This document shows positions 52,862 to 64,000 of a DNA stretch of 64,000 nt, in pieces. The notes under the pieces are model-generated. The model saw only the letters and a list, made by a program, of their open reading frames with translations. It did no database searches and was not told the origin of the DNA. Where the stretch lies: assembly GCA_030324005.1 (NCBI GenBank), contig JARDVH010000115.1:40690026-40754025 (forward strand). Reading direction: 5' to 3'. The stretch comes from Negaprion brevirostris. Lineage: Eukaryota. Every line of letters begins with the position of its first letter. Position 1 is the stretch's first letter. The position numbers and the translations under genes were made by a program.

Positions 52862-54002
52862 TTGGGAACTGATCTTTTTCAGTAGACTCAGAAATTAATA
52901 AGAGCAATTTTCATTTTACTACAGTTAGCGTCAACTTGAGCAGCTTCTACGAGCAATGTTGTTCTTCAATTCAAGTAACTCTGCAGTAGCATTTTTTACT
53001 GTGAAGCTTTAAGGGTAATTGCTAGTAAGTAACCATATGCAAATTATGACTGTAATTCTTACAGTAGCTACAGTGCTTATTAAATCTAAAAATAACTGCG
53101 AATTCATTGTGCTTTTTGAAAATTTTGTGATATGAAATTATTTGTTTAAAGTGTGAAATGAAGTGGCAAATCAATAATGCTGCCTTGAAGGCACTGTGAA
53201 ATTCACATACATTTTTATTGCAAATTATTATTGTACTTTGAGCTGTATATTTAAACATTTCTTTCAGTTATATACTGCTTTTTATTTGTAGGATTTCTAC
53301 AGTTTGACTCGAGTGGCTTTAATGTATTTATGAAGTCAAGCTTCTGTGCATATTTATATGTAAAATTGTGTCTTGGATTAGATTTGAAAAAAAAAGGTTC
53401 TGTAAGACTCTATCCTAGAGTTTATCATTCTTTGATATGTCTTCTTCAGTAAACTAGATAAAGGCAAGTGAAAGAAAGGAACATATCTAATAGGTCAAAT
53501 GTTTTCTTGTTCAAAAATTGTTTTTTTTAATACATTTGTTTTTCAAATGGTCTATTTTCCAGGAGAGTAAACTATTGACCAAATGGAAGAGTATTTAAAG
53601 TTGTTTTTTAGCTGCGTCTATTCTACCTTGCTTTTAAGAATGAGCTACAATCAGCTGGATATTCGTGGAGTAAGACGATATTGTAAATGCTCTTTATTAT
53701 GACTTCTGACCTCCTACTTTCAAGGGGCTAACTTTTCATGGTGCTGACCTATGCTGATTCAAATGACTCCTTAAGTTTCCATGTCGCTAGGTTGTTTTTT
53801 ATTGGTCTTTGATCCTAATCAGAGACCTCTGAGACAGGAGAATGCTGCTTGACTATTACTGAATTTTTCAGTCTCTCATATTCCATTCTGCATGAAAAAT
53901 CTGCAGGCATTACTGCTGAAAATTTTGGTTTTCCTGTGGATATGTTCTTTCATCCGTCTTTGGTCTAACACTTTGGTTTAGAAGGTCTCTGGTACATGAC
54001 TA

Positions 54003-54950
54003 ACTAGTTAGGCATCCGTGCGTTTCAGAAGATGATGGACTGTGCCGAAGGTGTATGTCACTTCTGTGTTGATCATTGTGAATTGTAGTTGTATAGGTCA
54101 AATTGTAAGTGGCAGTCCCTTCTGCTGCTGGCACAGATAATAGTGTTAGCCAGGGCTTGGCTGATAGTTTCATCCAGTGGGTGCTCTTTTCTGCCATCTG
54201 GTCATTTTCTTTACCCTGTGCTTTTTCTGTGCCCTTCCTGACTGCTCATTTTCAAGCATTCTGGTCAGCAGTGGGGACTTCAATTCCAATCCTGGTCAAC
54301 CTTGTTGGTGTATCCCCATGTTCGACACTCTGTCTTGACGGGAGATACCAGATATTCATCTGAAGCAGCGGAGGTGGAAGCTGTTCAGCCATTTTTCTTG
54401 GCTTGGATAAGTTGTTCCTGTCTCACAACTATAGGGAGGGTGCTGAGAACACAAGGCTGGTTAATGTGGAGCTTTATATTTTCATTTAGTTTGCCGTTGG
54501 ACCACACTTGCCTTTTCAACTGTGACATGACAGCAGTGGCCTTGGCAATCCAGTTGCTGATTGTTGTATTGAGGTAAAGTTTACATCATGGCCTATAACT
54601 TGGCTCCTCTTGATAATTGTTATTGCAAGACTCCTTGCAGGCCCAGACAACCAATCTATAAATTATTGCAAGTGAACTTCAGTATGGGACATAGCCTGGC
54701 ATCAGCAGCAAACAGTAACTCACTGAGTAGGACATTACGCACTTTGGCCTTGATGTGCAGTCTTGCCATGTTGAACAGCATTATCAGTCCTGACATGCAG
54801 GTAGACATCCTCATTTGAATCACTGCAAGCGTACAATAGCAGCATGGTGAAAGATATGCCAAAGAGAGTTGGTGCCAGGACATGGCCTTGCTTTACCTCA
54901 CTGCTGAACTTGGAAGCATCATGTCCATAAGACATGAAAGAGATCATAAA
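54003..54950 (-). mobile_element. RTE-clade LINE (RT to 3' end), decayed
   Basis: EVKQGHVLAPTLFGISFTMLL...VYLHVRTD / LFNMARLHIKAKVRNVLLSELLFAADA (RTE motif B' and degenerate FADD). Confidence 0.85.
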
Positions 54951-56107
54951 GTGTATATATCAAATCTTTCTACTTATTGAAAAGATAAAATGACTTTTCT
55001 GGATCAAAAACTTGGCTGCTATAGGTCACATGATTTGTAAGTTGCTGATAGTTCTGGGAATTTCCAATAGTAATTATAGAACAAAGCTCAACGCTCATCT
55101 TTGTGGACTCTCATCCCTATCATTATGTGGGATGAGATGATTTTACACTCAATGACACAAGGGAGTAGAGAATAGATGGCAACCATCTATATCACTGATC
55201 ACTGGATTTTGACCAGAGACATAGAAACTGATTGTTAACCTGAAACTGACTCGCCAGTGAATAACACCACACAATCTAAGCTCTTTTGGCCTTTGGAATG
55301 TTTATCCATTACATTCCTGGACTCGTGGGGCAGTCTGCTCTTAACATCCAGTCTGTCCCACCAAAACAGGACTCTAGGCTGGCAACAAAACCTGTCTCAA
55401 GTCTAAATTTGCTTGAAGCCTAGTTCACTAGAAGATTCCTGCCATCAGATCATATACTAACCTCACCTTTTTGCATCATCCTCAACTTTGAAGGAATTGG
55501 CAATTCCTACTTTCAGCCAGCTGAACCCTCTGAACCCTTACTAGACTCTGATATTCTGGACTTGAACATTCATATGAATTAATGTTCTTATCTTTGTTTT
55601 TTGTTCCAAGGTATTCTTGCTTTCCTTTCCAACCTCTTGTGTGCTTCTGTGTGTATGTGATTGTGATGACNNNNNNNNNNNNNNNNNNNNNNNNNNNNNN
55701 NNNNNNNNNNNNNNNNNNNNNNNNNNNNNNNNNNNNNNNNNNNNNNNNNNNNNNNNNNNNNNNNNNNNNNATCCCTCAGGTTTGAATATTTGAATAAACA
55801 ATACTTATCGCTTAACCTGAAAGAGAACTTGTTATGAGTCAGTTCAAAATTGACTTCTCAAACAGATGGTTTGAGGAAACATGCCACAGTCTATTTCAAA
55901 AATTAAATCACCTCTGCTTATAGGCAGACAGTGCAAAAATAAAGGACTTCAGTTTGCAACTCACCCCTGTCTGTAGCAGAAGTCTTCTGAAACTGTACAT
56001 ATTCTCACACAAACAAGAAATAACACCCAAGAGTCCAGCTTGGAAGTCTATTTTACGCAGCAGTTCAAAGAGTCCGTCTTTGCTGACAAGGTCAAAGGCT
56101 TGGTGAG

Positions 56108-56616
56108 GTACATGAGGCACTGTGGTTAACACTTTTTCACAGCACCAGAAACCCGGGTTCAATTCTGGCATTGGGTGACTGTCTTGAGTGGAGTTTGCAT
56201 ATTCTCCCTGTGTCTGCATGGGTTTCCTCCAGGTGCTTTGGTTTCCTTTTTCAGTCCAAAGATGCGCAAGTTAGGTGGATTGACCATGATAAATTGCTCC
56301 TTAGTGTCCCAAAAGGTGTAGGTTAGGGGAATAGCAGAGTAAATATGTGGGGTGACGGGAATAGGGCCTGGATGAGATGCTCTGTTGAGAGTCGGTGCAG
56401 ACNNNNNNNNNNNNNNNNNNNNNNNNNNNNNNNNNNNNNNNNNNNNNNNNNNNNNNNNNNNNNNNNNNNNNNNNNNNNNNNNNNNNNNNNNNNNNNNNNN
56501 NNCAGAGTAAATATGTGGGGTTACGGGAATAGGGCCTGGATGAGATGCTCTGTTGAGAGTCGGTGCAGACTTGATGGGCTGAATGGCTGCTTTCATTACT
56601 GCAGGGATTTTATGAA
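56108..56616 (+). mobile_element. HE1-like V-SINE (elasmobranch), spanning a gap
   Basis: ggcactgtggttaacac...cccgggttcaattc (B-box)...gggtttcctccaggtgctttggtttcc (V domain)...gagagtcggtgcagacttgatgggctgaatggc (CR1/HER1-derived tail). Confidence 0.88.
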
Positions 56617-56979
56617 TTAGGAAAAGATTTCCTTATGGGTTAATGAGGTGCTGTTTAGGATTATGGCAATAGTGCCAACTCAGGCCCCACCCCCTTGGCT
56701 TTGCCCCAACACTCAGGCAATGTCAGGGCGACTGGTCAGCACTGCATGTGCCAGGTGGATACTATGGATACTGCCCAGCCATGCTCCTGACCACCCAGTG
56801 ATTTCAATGGCCTCTGAGTCCCCTGGCGTACTCCTGGGACTTGCACCTGTTTTCCACTTGTGGGAGTTGGGAGAATTCTTATGTCGGATTGGCTATGCAT
56901 ATTTAAATGCTACATTTAAATATGCTAATCAACTTCATGCTCTTTGTGGGCATGATCATTTTGTGTCATTAGAAAGGGA

Positions 56980-57640
56980 CTAATGTGGACAATGGAATAC
57001 ATCGATACTGTTGTTGCATGACTGCAACTGACTGGAGAGGGAGCTGATACCTTATTCATTCCCAAAGAAAGCCCAGCAAGCAAGCTAGAACAAGCACATC
57101 AGAAAGCGAGATCTTGCCCAGAGAAAAGGAAAAGCCCTCCATTATAAAGAAAACCATCTCAGGCAATGAAGAGGCATTAATTTGTTTAACCTACAAGATT
57201 ATATCACTTCCCTACAGAGGTGTAAGCTACAATCTTGACTGAAAAATGAGAAATCTCCATTCTTGAGGAAACAGGAGAGAATCCTTGAACCACATAATGT
57301 TTTCAATCGTTATCTTAAGGGCTACAAAGAAATTACCTGTTTGTATTACCCCTTCTAGTAATCTAAGTTCATGTCACACCTTTAGAAGTTATACTTTCTT
57401 GTGTGTGTTCCTGTGTATGTATGACTGTGTGTTTGGGGAATGGGGGTTTGTTGTGTTTACATTTTGGACACTGTGAAAATAAATGTAATTTTGATTTAAA
57501 TTTACAAGAAAGCCTGCTTGTGCCTATTCTTTAAATTCACAGCACTCAAGGGGTTAAAACACTCTGCTGAAAATACGTTCTGTTGTCATCATTGGGAAAG
57601 GGACGAAAATTACCCCACATATATCCCCAACCATCACAAT
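56980..57640. mobile_element. Possible solo LTR remnant
   Basis: GT-rich stretch, AATAAA at ~57478, ends ...ccaaccatcaca; no partner LTR or TSD identified. Confidence 0.25.
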
Positions 57641-59069
57641 TACCAAGGCAGGGAAGAAGTGGATAGCAGAATCTGGATGAGTTAAATTTTGTTTATGCTG
57701 GGTGGTGGCTGAGCAACGTAGAATGTACTGGAGAAGTTGAGTCTACCAATTAAATGAGGATCTCAAACAGTAGGGTTGGAGGGTAACTGTTATGGAAGTG
57801 GATGAAGGCAAGCTCTGTGATTATGGAATTTTACATTCAGCTTTGGGTCACGGTTGTGAGCCATCGGATTCAACCTAAGCAAGCAGCTGGGAACAGGAAT
57901 CGAATCGAGATCAATGGGATGGTGTTTGCAGTGGGAGCTGAAAAAGTTCTGTCTTGCCAGTTCAGATGGAGGCAGTTCTGGATCCCCCAGAAGCAAATTA
58001 ATGCATTTGTCTTTGTTATATTAGAAGAGAAATATCATGCAGTCATTATTGTTCCTTTTAAAAATCCATGTGACTGTGTGTTTTCATAAAACGCATATTT
58101 GTAGATCGTTCACAAGCAGCTGTTATCCAAAACTGGCCTGAACTTGGGAAAATCAAGTGGAACTTAAATTACTTTCAGACTCTTAGCAAGTTCTTCCAGA
58201 TGTATGACGAGCTTGTGGTCTGCAGTTAGTAATAATCGTTACATAACATGTGTTTTATTATTTTCTGTGTGCCTTCACAAATGAATTTAAAATTCTATAG
58301 GAACGAGCATCACAATTAACATTATTTTTAATTTGAACCCTGTCATAAATCAGCTATATTCACATCGTACCTGTGCAGCCTGCTGCATAGAATTGTTTCT
58401 TTCTCCATTCAGGTGACATTGAATATGAATGAGACAATTTAAAGCTTTTTATAATTATCTAGAATCCCAGGGATAATGTTTGTACAGTCATTGTATGTTG
58501 CTGATAGAGGATTACCCATTGGAGTCCCCATCAATCATAATCCTTACTTCTCCATTACCCCTCGACCAAACCTTCCCTCCTCAGTGCCAAGCTCCCACAC
58601 ATTATGAAAACAAGAAGCCACTAGTACCAGCCTGTTTTTGAGGAAAACATTTTTGACTCCTTTGTAACTTTGAGGGGAAGAAAAATGTGATGTCCAGTGT
58701 TCCTTATTGTGTGTTTGCTGCAGGGCTGTAGGTTCTGAACAATATTTCAATGGCAAGTCATGATTTTGAATGATATTTAAAATCCACTTGGGATTTTGCA
58801 GTTATAATCAGAGAAATTCTAGGCTATCAATAGTTTTTCTCTTCGTTGTTTTTCACCTTCCTCTTTGTCTTACCAGTAATGTGTGCTCACTATTAAACAG
58901 GAATCACTGGGTGGCAACCAGGAGCAAGATTCCTGTTCACTTGTTCCCCAGCAACAAGAGCGTTGGCTAGCGATTGAAACTAATTCCCCACATATCTTTT
59001 TTGTTAAATACTTGGGATATATTACTATGCTGAAGACGCTGATTAAGTGCAATTTGATGTGTAGATGTT

Positions 59070-59445
59070 GACGAGGCGTTTTGCAACTTTGGCACCTTTT
59101 TAATCCTGACCTGAGCTTGTGACCGCATATTCTGCCTATTACAGAGACTGCTTACTTCTACCTTTGTGACGTTGCCCAATTTCTCACCAATTTGGCTCAT
59201 CTGCTACTGAAACACTCATTCATACTTTGGTTAGGCCTTGACTCACCTATTACATTGCTCTGTTGACCAGGCTCCTACCTTGCACAATACATCAACTTGA
59301 ACTCGTTCAAATTTCTATTGCCTGTATCTTAACTTGTACCAAGTCCCAGGTCACCCACCACCTCTGTGCTTACAGATCTATATTTTGCTCCTCGTCTGAC
59401 AAGATCCTGAGTTTTGAAGGAATCCAGCTTGCAATATTAGACATT
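59070..59445 (+). mobile_element. L2 LINE RT C-terminal fragment
   Basis: Degenerate NFG..FNP.LS...HI..ITETAYFYL..../ETLIHTLV/HQLELVQISIACILTCTKS/SVLTDLY pattern of L2 ORF2. Confidence 0.7.
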
Positions 59446-62409
59446 AAAATGAAATATAATAACGTTTTGCGTTGAATCTTTATCCAAGTCACAAAAACAT
59501 ACTTTGTTTTTCTGCTGTTATTGTAGACATTTCCCCTTTGGGTACTTTCCAAACATTTCTTTTGTTTTGTTGTATCAAATCTGTCTACTTTTGTCTTGTG
59601 CTTTGCTGATTTGTGAATGCTTTCCTTAGTACTTGTTTAATGTTTGAATTAAGCTTTTTCTCCTTTGACAGTCATGACAATAAAGAAAAAATGTTGCTTC
59701 CACCCCAGTGAGGTAATTTTGTTACCTTGTGTCTGAAACCTTCATAGCAGAGAGAACATACACCCATCAAGAGAGAATCAAATTCAGGTCTCAATGAATC
59801 CAGTGTTTCCAGTTAACTCCTGAACGGTTTCATTTTTCATTAGATTTATTTTAAATTGCTTTGATTTTGCAGGTACATGGCGAATGTAGCAGCATATTGT
59901 CTAGTTTTGAACATTGCCACTGTCTAAATTTAGCTTATGTAAGCTAACCCAAGAGAGTGTGTGTGATGAGTGTTGCAGAGCTAATGGCTTCAACCTAACA
60001 TCTGTTTGCTGCCTAGGTATACAGCATACATCAACAAAATATTTTTAGTGACTGAAATAAAGTGTATTATGATATACAGGATCTAAAACCCAGATTCACT
60101 GACTGATGAACCGTTTAACATGCAATGACTAAATTGTGTACAGAGGATGGCGAGGCGCGTTCAACACAGTTATTGGAAGCTGCTTCTGACTCTGAGTGGA
60201 AATTCCCCTGAGGCAAAAGCTGTTTACCATTTGCAGGGGACTTGACTTGCGCTGGNNNNNNNNNNTTTCTCTCGCAGTACAATGATATCTTCTGGGCTCC
60301 TGAGAACAAAAATAAATGAATGAGAAAGGGAGGCAAAACAATTGCAGTTTTGAATATTTTGTTACCTGCAACTGGCTTTGTAAAATCAAGTTATTGACAT
60401 TTTTCAGCTGTTTAAAACAATTTAATCAGTCTCAAAAGAGATAATTAAACATAAATGGGAAAGAATGCAGACTAAATGCATTTTTTTCTCATTTTTCTTT
60501 GTTCCCGAAATCACTGGCTATCCACTGAATTCCTGTTCCATGGGGTCCAGACACCTTTTGGGGTTTATCTATAGCACCATTATTAATCTGAGAGCTTCAA
60601 CAGTGAATGCTAGCAAGCACTGCAGTGAGGACAGGGGGGGTGTGAAGTAGAGTGCAGAGTGGGGTGGAGGGGGGAGTTGGGCGTCACTATATCCTATCCT
60701 ATTCTCCTTGAACAAGAGACTTAAACAAAAGTCACTTGATTGCTCCCTAAGTGAGAATCGTGATGCTTTTTCTCCTTTCTAACCTATGACCATGAGGGCC
60801 CCCCTCTCATCATTCTGCTTTCCAGCAGCTAGCCAAACACAGACTGGAGAATCGGACTTGTATTAACTTCCTGGTCTATATGGTGTTGCTACAGCTGGAT
60901 AACCTTCCTGAGTCATTGATGCCCATAAAATTTCAAGGTTAAGAGAAACAATGTAGAGCAAACAAATTGCACCAGTTAGGAATCTGCCTATTTAATAAAA
61001 ACAAAGGCAAGTGAGCTTTCTGCTTGAGTCAGAATTAGAAAAAAGAAACAGCTGATTATTTCAATAGGCACAGTTCAAAGTTCAGGAAAAATCCAAGTGG
61101 CTGTTTTCTTGGTACAAAATGTGACTGTAACTAAATAGCACTGATGTAAATGATTCTTTTGCATTAGTGTGATAGATGGGTTTGGGTCCTGAGGTCAGTT
61201 GTAAACTATTGGCTTGAGAATGAAGGAAAAACTTGCATTAGTACATTTTTATTCTGAGCAATCAAGCATTACCAACCAGAGTACATCATAGACTTTAGGG
61301 CATTGGTATCGATGGATTGGACTAAGGGGCTTTTGGCAAAAAAATTTCCCTTTGAAGATTTTAGCAGGAGATGGCTGCTGACATTTCCATGGCTTAAAAG
61401 GTCAACGTGTCTTCAAGAAATGCATGTGTAGTTCTGCCAACAATTAAAATGGGGAAAATTGCTCTAATCACAAAGTTTTTTTTATCTGTCTGAGAACTTT
61501 TGCTTTCATACTTCTGCTTAAAAAAAACCTGAGACAAACCAACGTACAATGGTGGTGATTTATACTCCTAGCAGACTTGTCTGCCCATGTCTCGGCTTGA
61601 TTTAAATTCTGCTGCATTCGTTTCATTTTTTTTCGAAGGCAAATAATACTTTTGAAGTCTGACCTTTTGAATCCTCCAAACGGCTCAGTGTGAAAATATC
61701 CAGGTCACCCTTCTTTGGCACTGTGGGGGCATGCTGACAGAATCTATGAAATGACAATTTGTTGCTGAAGCTATCAGTCGAAACTGCCAGGAATATTTTC
61801 ATTCTGCACACATGAATCCATTTTTTGTCCCCTTTGGAATGCACACACAAAGCATTCAGGATGAAAACTGAAACGTTGTGACAAATAAACATATGCATTT
61901 ATATGATTTTTTTTGCAGTACTGAGTCTCACTTCTGTTTGTGAACCTTCAGTCACATTTGTATGTGTAGCATTAAACAAATATCTGTACCCTTTCAGCTA
62001 CATAGTAGTATAGGATAGAAGAAACAATGTTTCTATAAATATGCAAAGTACAGTTTGGCATTTTGTTGCAAACCTATCTTTAACTTGATTTCACGGTTAT
62101 GGAAAGAGAAGGCAAGGATAAAGTGAAAGACATGCATTTGGTGAGGCAATGTGGATGATTTCTTTATACTGCTCATTGGTTTTGCAGAGTTCAAATTCCT
62201 CAAAATGCCTTGTTTCTCTTCAACCTCCTTACTTCTTCCCTCACCCAGACTGACAAGAAGGTATTTGTAGTCCTCTGCAGTGCTGCTTAATTATATACTG
62301 CTGGGAAATGTGCAATAGCAGTGTATGTTGTGAGCCATCTGGTATTTTTACTCTCTTTCCCATCTAGTTCTAATTAGTGCCTTTTGCCAAGGTCTTCTGC
62401 AGAGGCCAG

Positions 62410-62545
62410 TAACATAGGAACAGGAGTAGACCTTTCGGTCCTGTTTTGCCATTCAGTTAGATCATGGCTGATCTTAATCTAAATCATCGTGTCTGCCTTT
62501 CCCTATAATCTCTTTAATACCTTTAGTTGACATAATTTTAATCTT
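62410..62545 (-). mobile_element. CR1 3' tail fragment
   Basis: aacataggaacaggagtagacc...gccattcagttagatcatggctgatct. Confidence 0.65.
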
Positions 62546-62665
62546 AAAGATTGATAAAAGTAACAACTGAGATTCGTAGCACAGCACAGAAAGAAGCCCT
62601 TTGGCTCATCACTGTAATGATGGCTCAACTGTCAGTTCTCCATTATTGCTCTGTGAAACTGACAG

Positions 62666-62980
62666 TAATTTGATTTGATTTATTGTCATGTGTATTAGTA
62701 TACAGTGAAAAGTATTGTTTTCTTGCATGCTATACAAAGCGTACCGTTCATAGAGAAGGGAGAGAGAGTGTGCAGAATGTAGTGTTACAGTCATAGCGAG
62801 AGTGTAGAGATAGATCAACTTAATGTGCGAGGTAGGTCCATTCAGAAGTCTGTCAGAAGCAGGGAAGAAGCTGTTCTTGAGTTGGTTGGTACGTGACCTC
62901 AGACTTTTGTATCCTTTTCCTGACAGAAGAAGGTAGAAGAGAGAATATCCAGGGTACATGGGGTCATTAATTATGCTTAA
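62666..62980 (-). mobile_element. Rex1/Babar LINE 3' end
   Basis: PGYSLFYLLLSGKGYKSLRSRTNQLKNSFFPASDRLLN followed by a 3'UTR ending aataaatcaaatcaaa. Confidence 0.8.
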
Positions 62981-63299
62981 TTTCCAGAATCCTCACCTCC
63001 ACACTTGACACAGAAATCAGAAGTTGCTGTCAGTGATTCTTTGCTCCCCAGCTGGATGCGTTACTGATGTCCTCACCAATTGAAATCTTAGAAATAACTT
63101 GAATCAATGTGAACTTCCCTTTTTTTGCTATTGTAGCTGCTCCTATCTGGAGATATGCTGTCAAGATATGCTATGGTTATCTGTCTCACATTATCTTCAC
63201 AAATCCACTGTGGCTCATCTGCAACTGCTCTGTGACATCTGTCATCCAATTATGTCAATAATCAGATAATTAGCAATGATTACTCTCTCACCAGGACAG

Positions 63300-63469
63300 T
63301 GAGTAAATTTAAGGAGGAGTTGGATAGATTCTTAATTGGTAATGGGTTGAAGGATTATGGGGAGAAGGCAGGAAAATGGGGATGAGGAGCATATCAGCCA
63401 TGTTTGAATGTTGGAGCAGACTCAATGGCCCAAATGGCCTAATTCTTCTATATCTTGTGAACTTATGAA
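63300..63469 (+). mobile_element. CR1 3' end
   Basis: aaatttaaggaggagttggatagattc...ggagcagactcaatggcccaaatggcctaattc. Confidence 0.8.
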
Positions 63470-63489
63470 GCTGAATATTATCAAACCTA

Positions 63490-64000
63490 GTGAACATGGT
63501 TTTATGAAAGATAACTCATGTTTGACACACATCCTCAAAGAATTTGAGCAAATAACAAGGGGGAGTAGATAGAGGAGAGCCTCTAGATGTGGTGTATTTA
63601 GATTTCCAAAAGGCATTGACAAGGTTACGCATAAGAGGCTGGTGCATAAAGTAAAAACACATGGAATTGGAGGAAGTGTGTTTGCATGGATTAAAAACTG
63701 GCTGTCACCTAGAAAACAGAGTGTTAGAATAAATGGATCCTTTTCAGAGTGCAAACATATAACTACTAGAATACTGCAGGGATCAGTTCATGACCCGCAA
63801 TAATTCCCTATTTACATTAATAACTTTGGAGGAAGGAATGGAATATACAGTTTCCACATTTACTGATGATACGAGGATAGGTGGAAGGGCATGTTGTGAT
63901 GAGGATATTGTGATTCTGCAATGGGATATAGATAGATTGGGTGACTGGCAAAAACCTGATAATGTGGGGGAGTGTGATGTCATGCACTTTGATAGGAGGA
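63490..64000 (+). mobile_element. CR1 LINE reverse transcriptase, decayed, running off the window
   Basis: HGFMKDNSCLTH...VDRGEPLDVVYLDFQKA...WIKNWLSPRKQSVRING...LQGSV...STFTDDTRIGG. Confidence 0.9.

Noticed and set aside
56335-56570. 68-bp direct repeat flanking a 100-N gap
   Set aside because: Near-identical copies (one mismatch) abut the gap on both sides; typical scaffolding or haplotype overlap artefact
9305-60265. ORFs containing X runs
   Set aside because: They are open only because of assembly gaps; gap sizes of 10 and 100 N are placeholders
4400-63300. Numerous 60-150 aa ORFs as candidate genes or exons of a neighbouring gene such as LRRC74A
   Set aside because: No recognisable host-protein motifs; those with motifs are retroelement remnants
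1-64000. CRISPR array or prokaryotic defence system
   Set aside because: Sequence is vertebrate; no regularly spaced repeat-spacer array or operon-like ORF density

Overview
Eukaryotic (vertebrate) genomic DNA from a gapped draft assembly with many 10-N and 100-N gaps. The repeat complement (HE1/V-SINE, DeuSINE, MetaSINE-type SINEs, abundant CR1, L2, RTE and Rex1 LINEs, Penelope-like hairpins) points to a shark. The only protein-coding gene I can support is an intronless IRF2BPL (EAP1)-type gene at 1532-3514 (+). It lies in a CpG island with a CRE/GC-box/NRF1-rich promoter. The remaining ~60 kb is AT-rich intergenic DNA with decayed and nested retroelements and a few enhancer-like, repeat-free blocks. 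The most notable structure is a decayed LINE on the minus strand (~28773->25190) that begins with a tRNA-derived Pol III head plus a Meta-like domain, continues into an endonuclease/RT ORF, and ends in the same tail as a free SINE ~0.8 kb away. It looks like an autonomous 'SINE-headed LINE' and its non-autonomous partner. Repeat family names come from recalled consensus features, not from a database search.
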